Of a stretch of DNA of 64,000 bases, positions 63,986-64,000 are shown piece by piece. Source of the DNA: Amphiscolops sp. MND2022 (taxonomy: Eukaryota); NCBI GenBank assembly GCA_964187785.1, contig OZ076409.1:29328001-29392000 (forward strand), in the 5' to 3' direction. Under the pieces are notes generated by a model, which was not told the origin of the DNA, did no database searches, and saw only the letters and a list, made by a program, of their open reading frames with translations. Within the stretch, counting starts at the first letter, position 1, and each line of letters starts with the position of its first letter. Both the position numbers and the translations under genes were made by a program.

Positions 63986-64000
63986 CGGTTCAACCTTGGT

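Larger units (their letters stand above)
52666..64000 (-). mobile_element. Decayed Ty3/Gypsy LTR retrotransposon whose 5' end lies beyond the window
   Basis: 3' LTR 52666-53428; PPT 53429-53440; fragmented gag-PR-RT-RH-IN on the minus strand. Confidence 0.93.

Overview
Repeat-dense eukaryotic (probably invertebrate animal) DNA with no complete host gene. The main feature is a structurally complete 18.5-kb Ty3/Gypsy LTR retroelement (1363-19878, +). It has 269-bp TG...CA LTRs differing at 2 positions, a CTAG target-site duplication, PBS and PPT. It encodes an extended Gag, then PR-RT-RNase H-IN, a Ser/Pro/Thr-rich ORF, an ~860-codon envelope glycoprotein whose cysteine and motif pattern resembles chuvirus-type (class III, gB-like) fusion proteins, and at least one further unknown ORF. 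It therefore looks like a giant env-bearing endogenous retrovirus-like element, and it is inserted into the terminus of a TA-flanked MITE. 20-32 kb is a mosaic of MITEs, near-perfect palindromes, a 29-bp minisatellite, tRNA-derived repeats and one possible host terminal exon. 32-64 kb holds three members of a second, related Gypsy group. The first is an internally deleted element (32.3-39.4 kb, -). The second is an 8.6-kb non-autonomous LARD-like element (41918-50559, +) with a diverged tandem array and an AT-hook ORF. The third is a decayed gag-pol element (52666 to beyond 64000, -) with a 1331-bp tandem duplication and tandem TARG1/OARD1-like macrodomains after the integrase. All family assignments are by-eye motif recognition; no database searches were run.
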